Shown here in pieces: positions 9,121-19,200 of a DNA stretch of 37,944 nucleotides. Each line of letters starts with the position of its first letter. Position 1 is the first letter of the stretch. Position numbers and translations under genes: made by a program. The stretch is from an uncultured Gemmatimonadota bacterium (lineage in GTDB: Bacteria > GCA-2686955): contig CAZBBK010000061.1 in NCBI GenBank assembly GCA_964490075.1, positions 1-37,944 on the forward strand. Direction: 5' to 3'. A model generated the notes under the pieces. That model had not been told where the DNA came from, made no database searches, and worked only from the letters and a program-made list of their open reading frames with translations.

Positions 9121-10048
9121 GAAGCTCTCTGCCGGTCAGCTTGATGAACACACTTTGAAGATCGGGCTCGCGCACCGAGATGTCGTCGATGGTCACCTCT
9201 CCGCGGGAGAGCAGGTCGAAAAGTGTCGCCACCGCGCCCTGGTCGACCGAGAGGAGGACTCTGCCCGGTTGCGACGAGACGATTCCCACGCCGTCGCGGG
9301 CCGCGACCAGCGCATCGATCTCCCCCCGCTCGAAGGGGCCGCGAATCGTCACCACCTTTCCCTCGCCCAGCATCGCCACCAGGGCCTCGGGACTGCCCTC
9401 GGCGTGGATCTTGCCGTGGTCGACGATCAGGATGCGGTCGCAGAGCTGCTCGGCCTCTTCCAGGTAGTGCGTGGTGTAGAGCACGGCCTGACCGGCGCGG
9501 GCCTCTTCGCGCACGATGCCCAGGATGGCGATTCGGGCCTGCGGATCGATCCCGACGGTCGGCTCGTCGAGCAGCAGCAGCGCCGGGCGCGAGATCAGTC
9601 CGATCGCCAGGTTGAGACGCCGCTTCATGCCACCCGAGAAGCGCTCCACCGGCTCCTTGGCGCGCCCGGCCAGATCGACCCGCTCCAGCAGCTCCTCGAC
9701 CCGCGCCCGCAGCGCCCGGCCGCTCAGGCCGTGCAGCCCGCCCCAGAAGCGCAGATTGGCGCTCGCCGAAAGCTCCTCGTAGAGCGCAACCTCTTGCGGC
9801 ACCAGCCCGATGTGGGACTTGGCCGCGACCGGCTCGGCGCGAACCTCGTGGCCGGCGACGGTCACGCTGCCCTCGCCGGGGTGGGTCAGGCCGCAGATCA
9901 TCGAGATCGTGGTGGTTTTGCCGGCGCCGTTGGGTCCCAGGAGCCCGACGATCTCTCCCGGCGCCACGGCGAACGAGATGCCGTCGACGGCGGTCAGCGA
10001 GCCGTAGCTCTTGCGCAGGTTGTTCACGATCAGGGTGGGGTCGGGCAT
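9113..10048 (-). CDS. ABC transporter ATP-binding protein (DrrA/LnrL-like)
   Basis: Walker [10 protein letters not shown], signature FSGGMKRR, Walker [10 protein letters not shown]-loop YTTHY. Start placed at MPDPTLIV (10048) with GGAG upstream rather than at 10174. Confidence 0.95.
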   Translation of the reverse strand: MPDPTLIVNNLRKSYGSLTAVDGISFAVAPGEIVGLLGPNGAGKTTTISMICGLTHPGEGSVTVAGHEVRAEPVAAKSHIGLVPQEVALYEELSASANLRFWGGLHGLSGRALRARVEELLERVDLAGRAKEPVERFSGGMKRRLNLAIGLISRPALLLLDEPTVGIDPQARIAILGIVREEARAGQAVLYTTHYLEEAEQLCDRILIVDHGKIHAEGSPEALVAMLGEGKVVTIRGPFERGEIDALVAARDGVGIVSSQPGRVLLSVDQGAVATLFDLLSRGEVTIDDISVREPDLQSVFIKLTGRELRD

Positions 10049-10140
10049 CGGCGGCTCCGGGCTGGCGGCCTGGGATCGATACGTTGGGTGGCAGTGTTTC
10101 AGTTTCGGCGCGGGGGGGGAACCCCTGGGGCCCGGGGGGA

Positions 10141-10180
10141 TCCGCCATCGAATTCGTGACCGAGCCGTGCACATCTCGGC
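10141..10180. repeat. Partial copy (one end) of the MITE-like element at 34936-35196
   Basis: TCCGCCATCGAATTCGTGACCGAGCCGTGCACATCTCGGC matches 34942-34981 at 34 of 40 positions. Confidence 0.8.
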
Positions 10181-10300
10181 GTATCCGGCGGCCCGAGAGA
10201 GCTCCGCGCTCTCATCCTCCGTCCACAGGCCCCGGCGCTCGAGAAGACGGACGACCCGCCGGCGAATGGTGCGGGCCAGCTCCTGGAGCTCGGCCTGGTC
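10175..10300 (-). pseudogene. Probable IS91/ISCR-family transposase fragment
   Basis: Translates as DQAELQELARTIRRRVVRLLERRGLWTEDESAELSRAAGYAE, resembling the EL..L...I..RV.R.LER.G.L segment I recall from ISCR/IS91 transposases; no HUH or catalytic Tyr motif is present. Confidence 0.55.
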
Positions 10301-10357
10301 CCTTCGATGGAGGTCGGAGCTCGACGGGTGACGGAAAGCGGTGATTCGATCAAGAAG

Positions 10358-12558
10358 TCAGCGAACGAGGATCGCGTGGCGAATCTGGGTGATCGAGCTC
10401 GCGCGAAGACGGATCAGGTAGGCTCCCGAGGGCAGGATACGGTCTCGATCGTCGGCCCCGTCCCAGCGGATGGTGTGCAACCCCGCCTCGAATCGGTTCC
10501 GCGCGAGGTGTCGCACGACGTGACCGCGCAGATCGAGGATGGTCAGCTCGGTGGTCCCGCGCTGCGGGAGCACGAATGAGATCACCGCGTGCGGGTTGAA
10601 GGGATTTGGTCGGATCGGCAGGAGTGATGGCTTCTCGTAGATTGGAGCCGGCGTTGAATCGCGAACTCCGACCGGATCGTGCCGGAGGATGTAGATGCCG
10701 CCCTGCTCGCTCGTCACGTAGAGCAGTCCGTCCGCAAGCTCTACTTGGTGGGGACGACCGGCGATGGGGTAGCGGGCCGTGCGTTTGATGTTGGTCGGAT
10801 CGGCCACGTCGAGGGCGACCAGACCGTCTCCCAGCTCGGTCACGTATGCGTAGGATCCCGCCACCGCGACGCCGCGCGCCGATCGATTGAAGACCCAGCG
10901 CCCCACCTCATGGGGCGCGGCCGGATTGCTGACGTCGATCACGACCAAGAGCCCCGGCGTGCTGATCAGATCGATGTGCGGTCCCACGAGGTAGGCGAAC
11001 TTCCCCTGAACCGCCACCTGGCGACCGCTGTTGGTCTCGATCCAGGCCAACCGAAGTGGACGCTCGGGGTCGCTGATATCGAAGATATCGAGACCGTCGA
11101 AGTGACTCGCTATGTGCGCGTGGTCTTGCGCGATCGCGATTCCGACCGCCGAACCGAGGGTCCCGTGATGGGCGACGATTCTGGGTCGAGTCGGATCTGC
11201 TACATCGACAACCTGCAGAGCACCGCCGAAATCGGCCACGAACGCGAAGTCCCCCGAAATCTCGACATCGAAGGCGCGCCCGGGCGTGTCGGCGCGCCCC
11301 AGGATGGTCGGCCGCCGGGGATCCACGAGATCGTAGAGACACAGGCCGGCAGAATCGGCGCAGACATAAGCAATGTCACCACGCACGACCACGTTGTTCG
11401 CCTGGCCCGGCGTGGCGACTCGGGCCAGCGACACGGCCGCGGAGCGATCGCTCAGGTCGACAACTTCAAGACCATCCAGGCCGATCGCGACGTACGCGAG
11501 ATCGCCCGCGACCGCGATGCCGATCGCCCGCTCTCCCGTATCCACCGACTCGAGCTCGACCGGAGCGGCGGGGGTGGACACATCGAATCGACGGTATCCG
11601 GCGTTGCCCTCCGCCAGATAGAGCGTGTTCCGGTACGCGTCGACACCAGCCGCGGAATCGTCGGTGGGGACCGTGGTTGCAACCAACGGGGTCGCTGCAT
11701 TCGCAACGTCGAACACCACGAGTCCCGCCGCTCCGGCGGCGCCATACGCCACCGAGTCCGTCACCACCAGATGCTGGAGCCAGAGCGCCTCGGCTTGTCC
11801 GAGGATCTCCGGAAGCTCGGGATTCGTCAGGTCGACCGACACCAGTCCGTCTGGTGTTCCCGCCCACGCCACGGTGTTGTTGACTCGAACCGAGGCAGCG
11901 CGCTCGACCTCTGGGTTCTCTCCGACGATTTGTGGATCAAGGGGATCGGAAATGTCGATCAGCACGAGGCCGCGCTCGTGATCGGCGACGACTGCCAGGT
12001 CACCGGTGGACGCGACCGCCTCCACGTCACCTCCGGTGCGCACCAGAGCGAGATCGACCAGGTCTTCTGGATCGGCGATGTCGAAGATCCGCAGGGCGGC
12101 GCCGCCGGCCGCGACCAGAGCCAGATCTCCGTGCAGCGTGATGTCGCGGACATCGCCACCGGTTTGCTGACCATCCAGGATCTCGGGACGATCCGCTGCT
12201 GACAGGTCCACGGAGAAGATCCCTCGCCGGCCGGCTCCGACCACCGCCAGGTCCCCGGACGCGGCCACGCACCGGATCAGCTCGGGAAAACGGATGACGG
12301 CGGTGTCACCCGCGGCGCTGATGACGAGCAGCGATGCACCGGTGCACCGGTGCACCAGAGGGTTCGCTGCTCATTCGCCGCAACCGCCCAGGCGGGACCG
12401 AGCAGCGCCCGGCCGACCACGTGGATTTCCGTGCTGGCGTCGGCCGCGAGCGTGACGGTCCCGGCCGCGGCCTCGAGAACGAATACCGACGCCAAGGTCA
12501 GCAATTCCACAATCAAACGAGCGGGCTGCCGGCCGCAGTTCACCGGGGTGATCTCCAT
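10358..12558 (-). pseudogene. LVIVD-repeat secreted protein with C-terminal FlgD-Ig-type domain, frameshifted near the 5' end
   Basis: Many LVIVD repeats (GLVLIDISDP, GLDIFDISDP, LVVIDVSNP) and C-terminal PNPFNP...WDGADD...LPSGAYLIRL. The signal-peptide-like N-terminus (from ATG 12558) is in another frame and joins only if one 8-bp unit at 12335-12356 is removed. Confidence 0.8.
12335..12356. repeat. Tandem repeat (TGCACCGG)x2.75 causing the frameshift
   Basis: Sequence TGCACCGG TGCACCGG TGCACC read directly. Confidence 0.9.
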
Positions 12559-12664
12559 GTGCGGCGGATCAGGTCGATCGGTGAGTTCCGAAACCGGAGG
12601 AATAGCAGAGCTAGTTCGAGCATTTCGGGGCTCGTCGATCGGCCAGAGATGTGGTGCAGATGGA
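12554..12664 (+). other. Long imperfect hairpin in the intergenic region
   Basis: 12572-12593 pairs with 12623-12644 (22 pairs, 5 of them G-U on the + strand); outer arm 12555-12570 pairs with 12648-12663 at 13 of 16 positions. Confidence 0.6.
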
Positions 12665-12680
12665 ATGCCATGATAGCAAG

Positions 12681-13919
12681 CTACCCTCCTCGCTTCACCC
12701 CCCGCTCCCCCACCCCAACCCCGCGCGGCGCCCCCCCCGCCCGCGCCGGCGCCTCCAGAGGCAGCGTCGGAATTTCGACCGCCGGAACCGGGCGCCGGCT
12801 GCGCAGCCAGTCCCGCAGCCGCAGCCGCAAGTGCACCAGAACCGTCACCATCACGATCACCAGCGCCGCCGCGGCCAGTCCCTGCACCACCCCGGCCGGC
12901 TGCCAGGAGCGTGGGCGCAGGTTGAGCAAGACGTTTCCCAACGTGAACGCCACCAGCGACGAACGTCCCAGGCAGCTCGCCATGTCCCAGGGCGGCGGGA
13001 CCTTCTCGGCGAGGTGCGCGACGCGCTCCGAGAAGATCAACACCGCGACCGCCGACAACGCACCGATCGCGTAGTAGCCGATGTGATTGGTGTTGCGATA
13101 GGCCCGCACGTCGACGTAGTCGTGCGCCACCTGAATCAGGGTCGAGCCGAAGGCCAGGTAGGCCGTCACCGCCCCGCAGATCAACGCGACCAGACCACAG
13201 GCCCCGTAGAAGCTCCGCCTCTCTCCCGCGCCGCGGCGCAACGCCGCACCGATCCCCATGCCGATGATGACCAGCGACATCCCGTGCAGCACGCTCGGAC
13301 CGGTCGCCCGCCCCACGCCGAAGAAGAATGACGCCACGTTGCGCATCGCCGTCGGATTGGTCGCGGCGCCGAGCGCCTGCCAGGGCAGCGCCTCGACCGC
13401 CGGCGTCAGCCCCCAAACCCCGAGCGCCAGCAGCAGCGTCGCCCCCAAGCCCCGCCGGGCACGAAAGACCACCAGCGGAAGGGCGAGCAGCAGGGCAACC
13501 GTGTAAAACTTGAGGATGTTTCCGAGGTAGGCGTTGCGCAGCATCAGCGCCGCCAGCAGCGAATGATCGAGAGGCCGCGTGCCCGCCACGGCGCTGGCGA
13601 TGACGGTGATCAGGTAGGCGCAGTAGCACTGGAAGCTGCGCCGCCGCAGCCGCTCCGCGACACCGCTCCGGCCCCACTTGACCAGGCGCGGCGCGTAGAC
13701 CAGCTCCAGCATGATGCCGAAGAGCAGCACGAAGGTCGGCGTGGCCGAGCGGGTCAGGATGTGCAGGAACAACCCCCGATCGGCGCCCAGCCGCTCCCAG
13801 ATCCCGAAGTCGACCAGACTGTGGGAGAGCAGAGCCAGCACGATCGCCAGCGACCTGGCGAAGTCGATGAAGGCGATTCTGCTCCGCGTCGCGCGGGTGT
13901 TCGGGGTCTCGGATCTCAT
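12681..13919 (-). CDS. OpgC/DUF1624-like multi-pass membrane protein (putative acyltransferase)
   Basis: RIAFIDFARSLAIVLALLSH, ATPTFVLLFG, NILKFY and LGRSSLVAF motifs with many TM helices; start at MRSETP. Confidence 0.75.
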   Translation of the reverse strand: MRSETPNTRATRSRIAFIDFARSLAIVLALLSHSLVDFGIWERLGADRGLFLHILTRSATPTFVLLFGIMLELVYAPRLVKWGRSGVAERLRRRSFQCYCAYLITVIASAVAGTRPLDHSLLAALMLRNAYLGNILKFYTVALLLALPLVVFRARRGLGATLLLALGVWGLTPAVEALPWQALGAATNPTAMRNVASFFFGVGRATGPSVLHGMSLVIIGMGIGAALRRGAGERRSFYGACGLVALICGAVTAYLAFGSTLIQVAHDYVDVRAYRNTNHIGYYAIGALSAVAVLIFSERVAHLAEKVPPPWDMASCLGRSSLVAFTLGNVLLNLRPRSWQPAGVVQGLAAAALVIVMVTVLVHLRLRLRDWLRSRRPVPAVEIPTLPLEAPARAGGAPRGVGVGERGVKRGG

Positions 13920-14053
13920 CTTTCGTCCCTGGTGACCGGCTTGGCCACGCTTGGCGCCACGTCCGCCGGTGCCTCGCTCGGATCGGCCGCGTCCCCACCC
14001 CATACTAGCCCCTTCGCTGGCAAGGCATCGTACCCTCTGCTAGCCTCGCCCCC

Positions 14054-14653
14054 ATGAAGGTAGCGTTCATCGGAACTCACGGTGTCGGCAAGACCACGCT
14101 CTGCTACGAGCTTGCCGCCCGCCTCAAGAAGGTGGGCGTCGATGCGGACATCGTCAAGGAAGTGGCGCGCTCTTCCCCCCTGCCCATCAACCAGAGCACG
14201 ACCCTGTCGGCGCAGCTCTGGATCCTGCACACCCAGATCGCCAGAGAGATCGAAGTCGGCGCGCGCGCCGAGGTCGTGGTCTGCGACCGCAGCGTGCTCG
14301 ACAACTACGCCTACCTCTGCCTCGCCAGCGGCCGTCAGCCGGCCGCCGAGCAGATGGTCGAGAGCTGGATTCGGAGCTATGATCTGCTGATCCGAGTCCC
14401 GCCGGCCGGCCGCATCACCCGCGATGGGGTGCGCGACACTGACCCGATCTTCCAGCAGGCGATCGACCGCCGCATCCAGGCGCTGGTACGAGAGATGCAC
14501 GTTTCCATCCATGATCTGAGCGGACTCGGGCGCAACCGGTGGATCACTACCGCCAGCAGCGCCACGCTGGCGCTGATCCGCGGCGAGCCGACCCCATCCA
14601 CCAAGAAGATCGACAACCAGCTCGATCTCTTCGGTCTGGGCGAACCGGCATGA
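14054..14653 (+). CDS. AAA_28/NadR-type P-loop nucleotide kinase-like protein
   Basis: N-terminal MKVAFIGTHGVGKTTL Walker A, VKEVAR, VVCDRSVLDNYAY and DGVRD motifs. Confidence 0.85.
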   Translation: MKVAFIGTHGVGKTTLCYELAARLKKVGVDADIVKEVARSSPLPINQSTTLSAQLWILHTQIAREIEVGARAEVVVCDRSVLDNYAYLCLASGRQPAAEQMVESWIRSYDLLIRVPPAGRITRDGVRDTDPIFQQAIDRRIQALVREMHVSIHDLSGLGRNRWITTASSATLALIRGEPTPSTKKIDNQLDLFGLGEPA

Positions 14654-15426
14654 AGACCTATCACGTCGACCTGAGCCCAGCCGATCTCCGTGGCGCCAAG
14701 ATCGCCCTCCTCCCCGGCGATCCCTTTCGCGTCCCCAGGATCGCCGCGATGCTCTCCGGCGAGCATCGGGAGATCGCACACCACCGCGAGTTCCGCAGCG
14801 AGCTGGCCGACGTGGACGGGGCGCCCGTGCTCGTCACGTCGACCGGAATCGGCGGCCCCTCGACGGCCATCGCGGTCGAGGAGCTGGCCCGCCTGGGCAT
14901 CGAGACCTTCCTGCGCATCGGCACCACCGGCGCCATCCAGCCCGTCGTGCCGGTCGGCGACCTGATCGTGGCATCGGCCGCGGTGCGCCTCGACGGCGCC
15001 TCCTATCATTATGCGCCCCAGGCATTTCCGGCGGTCGCCGACTACCGGATGGTGGCCCGCCTGGTGGCCGCGGCGGAGGCCCGGGGCTTCGGCCACCACG
15101 TCGGCCTGGTGGTCTCCAGCGACACCTTCTACCCGGGCCAGGAACGCAGGGACTCCTTCACCGGCTACGTGCCGCGCTCGCTGCACGGCACCCTCGAAGA
15201 GTGGCGCAGCCTGGGCTGCCTCAGCTACGAGATGGAGGCCGCCACGCTCTTCACCGTCACCCGTTCCATGGGCCTGGCGTCGGCCTGCGTGCTCGGCGTC
15301 ATCGTCAACCGCTGCTCCTCGGAGCACGTCGACCCCGCCGACGTCAGGGCGACCGAGGAAAAGGCGATCCTCTGCGCATGCGACGTGGTCAAAGGGCTGA
15401 TCGCGTCGCCTCGATCGACCGGATGA
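14650..15426 (+). CDS. udp: Uridine phosphorylase
   Basis: LPGDP, HREF, STGIGGPSTAIAVEELA, FLRIGTTGAIQP, VRLDGAS.HYAP, SSDTFYPGQER and YEMEAATL are typical Udp motifs; ATGA overlap with the upstream gene. Confidence 0.95.
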   Translation: MKTYHVDLSPADLRGAKIALLPGDPFRVPRIAAMLSGEHREIAHHREFRSELADVDGAPVLVTSTGIGGPSTAIAVEELARLGIETFLRIGTTGAIQPVVPVGDLIVASAAVRLDGASYHYAPQAFPAVADYRMVARLVAAAEARGFGHHVGLVVSSDTFYPGQERRDSFTGYVPRSLHGTLEEWRSLGCLSYEMEAATLFTVTRSMGLASACVLGVIVNRCSSEHVDPADVRATEEKAILCACDVVKGLIASPRSTG

Positions 15427-16211
15427 GAGACGACCCCTGGGACTACAGCGAGCTCTACGACCAGTGGTCGGAGGGGTATCGCGAAGACCTCGCCTACTAC
15501 CGCGAGGTGGCGAGCAAGGCGGCCGAGACCGGGCTGCCGATCCTCGAGCTCTGCTGCGGGACCGGCCGGCTGCTGCCGGTGCTGCTCCAGGACGGAGCGA
15601 AAGTGATCGGCCTCGACGTCTCCGCGAGCCAGCTGGCGGTCGCCGCACACAAGCCCGAACTCCACAAGGCACAGATGGAAGGGCGTTTGCACCTGGTGCA
15701 GGGCGAGATGTCGCGCTTCCATTTCGCCACCCGCTTCTCGGCCATCATCCTCGCGTTCAACAGCTTCTGCTACCTGCTGGACGACATCTCCCGGCGTCGA
15801 TGTCTGCTCCGCGCGCGCCGCCAGCTGGTTCCCGGCGGCGTGCTGGCGATGGACACCGACAACGCGCAGGCCAAGGCGCCCGGAGCGGAGGGGAAGTTTC
15901 TGCTCGACGAGACCGTGGCCGACTGTCCCGAGCCCGGCTCTGAGACCAACGTCTACATCGCCTATCGGCGGCATCGTTCCGATCCACGGATCGAAAACGT
16001 CCGCTACAGATTCGAGGTCATCGGCGAAGGCACCAACGAGGCAATGGAGGCCCACCACGACATGCGCTGCGACCGCCCTCAGGCCGTGCTGCGGCAGCTC
16101 CGCGCCGCCGGTTTCGGCTCGATCGATCTGCGCGGCAACTTCGTCGGCGCCCCCTTCGAGGCGGCCAGCAGCCCGCTGGTAGTGGTTCACGCCTATTCGG
16201 CGGCCCGATAG
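15423..16211 (+). CDS. Class I SAM-dependent methyltransferase
   Basis: ILELCCGTGR motif I, VIGLDVS, LVQGEM, FNSFCYL and LVPGGVL; ATGA overlap with udp. Confidence 0.9.
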   Translation: MRDDPWDYSELYDQWSEGYREDLAYYREVASKAAETGLPILELCCGTGRLLPVLLQDGAKVIGLDVSASQLAVAAHKPELHKAQMEGRLHLVQGEMSRFHFATRFSAIILAFNSFCYLLDDISRRRCLLRARRQLVPGGVLAMDTDNAQAKAPGAEGKFLLDETVADCPEPGSETNVYIAYRRHRSDPRIENVRYRFEVIGEGTNEAMEAHHDMRCDRPQAVLRQLRAAGFGSIDLRGNFVGAPFEAASSPLVVVHAYSAAR

Positions 16212-19200
16212 AAGACGTCGTCCACGGCCACCCGCGACCCGTCGCCGATTGCCACCAGCACCAGGTCGACCAGGTAGTCCTTGGCCGGGTCGACCACGAA
16301 GCCCTTCTCCTCGAGCAGCGCCGCGATCTCTACGGTGTGGGTCGGAACCGCGATCCTGCGCTCTTCGACGTCGGCCCACGACTGGCGAAAGACCTCGACG
16401 AAGGTGCGCGGATCCTTGCCCGGGTCGGTGTGGGCGACCAGAAAAGCGCCGCGCTGGCCGCCCTCGCGGTCCCGGATCAGGAAATACTGCTCCAGGTCGA
16501 CCGTGGTGGTGATCTGCTCCGTCAGCACCGCATAGCGGCTCAACAGATCGGCCCCGGAGACCGCGGTCTCTCCGCTGTGCACCGCGGTCGAGACTGGACC
16601 GCGATTGTCCTGGTGGGTTTGCGAGTACTCCCCGGAGAGGACGAAGCCCAGATCCTCGGCCGTGTCGAAGCGCTTCAGGTAGCGCACCTCTCGCCCCAGG
16701 ATGTCGTCGTCTTGGTAGGCCAGCCATAGCTGCGACAGACATTCCAGGTCCCAGCCCATCGGCGCGATGTGGGGCAGTCCGTCGAAATGCAGCGTGGGTG
16801 CGGCGGCATCGAAGGCCGCGCCCTGCTCCTGCAGGGCCCGCACGATGGCGTCCGCAGCGCCCGCCGTCACGGTGACGAAGATCGGATCGGGTCCGAACAC
16901 CGGAGCGGCCTGCAGGTTGCCCCACATATCGCGCACCTCTGCCGGAAGCTGAATCGGGAAGTCCGGGATGGTCGGATCGACCGAGAAGGCAACGACGATA
17001 TCCTTGTCGTCACGGCGAAATGTCTCGAACACCCTGCTCTGCGCGCCCGCGACGAAGTCCACGTGCTCCGCTCCGGCGAGCATCTGGCTCAGCGCGTAGT
17101 AGGCCATGAGCTTGGTGCGGGGCGATCCGTAGACATCGACCAGCGATCGGAACACGCCGTGGTGCACTCCGGTGTAGGCGGCACTCTCGAACACGAAGTA
17201 GTGAATGCGTTCCCAGCCGGCCCCCAGCATGGTCACCATGTGTTGCGTCAGCTCGCGGGCCGCTTCTCGCGCGCTGTCGACTCTGCGGCCGTCGGGGAGC
17301 GCCTCGTCGCGCCCCGGAATGTTGTACTTGGGGTACGACGACGAGGCCATGAAGTTGGTCTCGGTGGCCCAGTAGTCGTTGTCGAACATCTCCGGATCGT
17401 AGGCCCACACCAGGCGATTCAGCTCTCCCCTGGTCGCTCTGCTGCAGTGTATCAGACGCAGCGCCAGACCATGGTTGTAAAGGGAGTCGGCGTGATCATC
17501 GACACGCTGGGCCATCGGCAGGTGCATGGCGATGCCGGTCATGGCGCGCATCCCCCCCTGCTCGATGAACTCCTGGATCGCCCGGTTGCGCCCCTGGGGG
17601 AAGTCGGGGGACCAGTTGGCGCCGCGCTCGCCCATGTTGGTCATCTGGAAGCCGAGCACGTGGGCGCTGCTGTCCTCCGCCACGATCGCATCGAGCACGC
17701 TTTGGTCCAGCTCGATCAGCTTGTCGGCCGGGATCGAGTTCCTGAGGCTCGATGGCTCGTTGAAGACTTCGTAGGCAAAGATCCGGTCGCCCACGGTTTC
17801 CACCAGCTTCTGGATCGCGGTTGCGTTGGTAGCGACGAAGTTCTGCCAGCCGGGCTCGCCGCCCAGGGTCTCCGGGCTCATCCATTCCGGGTAGCCCATC
17901 AGGCCGGGGCTGCTGAGATTCTCGACGTGCTTCAGATCGTCGCCGATCATGGCCAGGATCTCTATGTCGAAGGCGCGGGCAGCGTCGGTGTACCAGACCA
18001 GGGGCGTCAGGTTCCAGGTCCCCTGCTGGTCGGTGTTGGGCGCGAAACCGTTGGGATGGTACACTTGCTTGATACGCATGTGCGGGATGCCCAGGCGCCG
18101 CAGCAGCCAGAAGGTCTCGTTGGGATCGGGCCCGACTGTCTCCAGCACCTCGGTGGTGCACTCCGGATCGCCGTCCGGCGCGCCGACGCATTCGGGGCGG
18201 TCGTTGGAGGGATCGCCGTCTTCGTTGATGTGGGCGTGGCTGTAGCGACAGTTCGAGACCTGTACGCCGAAGGGATTGGCATCGTTGTCGATCACGGCGG
18301 CGGGATCGAAGGGGCGCAGGACGCCGAAGATGAGCTCCTCTTCCACGCCTTCGAGGGGCGCCACGATGCGAATGCGGTAGATCCCGCTGCCCCCGTCCAG
18401 GGCGCGCGGGTCGAGGCTGAGCTCTCCGACTCCGGAGCCCGGATCGTCGAGCCGAATCATGGGAATCAGGATTCTTGGGCGCCGCTGAGCGTTGAGCTGG
18501 TAAACGTCGACCACGCGCGCGACGATCGCGCGCGGGCGCGCCCGGCCCTCTTCGACGGCGACCCAGTAGCGCAGGCGGATCGCTTCGGTCGACTCGAAGA
18601 GCTTGTAAGTGTAGCGGGCGCGCTCGGCCAGCGACGCACTTTGCGCGGGGCGCCAGGCGTCGATTCCGATGTCGTAGGGCTGGGCCTTGGAGTAGACGCT
18701 GGGGGTGCTGGCCTGCTCGAGCTGGGCCGCGTCGACGTAAATGCTGTAGTCGGCCTCGTTCGCCCAGTCGCGCTTGCGCGAGTTGATGACCAGGCGGAAG
18801 CCGTAGTGCCCGGTCGGATGCTCGCCGAGCTCGGTGATGTCGGCGGTGTTGAAGTGGAAGTAGAGACGCGACCAGCAGGAGCGCAGCGTGGTCTCTTTGT
18901 CGCGGATGTCGGAGGGCGAGATGGCGATCGAGCTGCCGTTGCTGATCTGGAGGTAGGCATAGATGCCGGCCGGCTCACAGTCGGCTCCGGGGTAGCCCTC
19001 GATCTCGACCTTGGTGTAGACGCTGAACACATAGTCGGTGTCGGGCTCGAGCGCGATCGCCGGCCAGCGCACCTCGTGCTCGCGCAGCTCGGGATCGCCG
19101 TAGAGAGCCAGCGCCCGGCTGCCTTCGAATACCGTATCGACCGGCGCCGTGTTGAATCCCCAGGCGCGGCGGTAGTCGGCGAGGGCGGGATCCTGAATGT

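Noticed and set aside
10079-10107. ECF sigma promoter (GAAAC...CGTA) upstream of the ABC operon
   Set aside because: Spacings are 12 or 18 nt rather than the usual 16-17; not supportable.
10049-10174. N-terminal extension of the ABC ATPase (MCTARSRIRWR...)
   Set aside because: It is read-through of the repeat end and promoter region; the same peptide appears in a shadow ORF over the MITE near 34950.
12277-13998. 573-aa minus-strand ORF as a gene
   Set aside because: Mostly an Arg/Gly/Ala-rich alternative frame of the OpgC-like gene; only its last part (from 12558) is meaningful, as the frameshifted LVIVD N-terminus.
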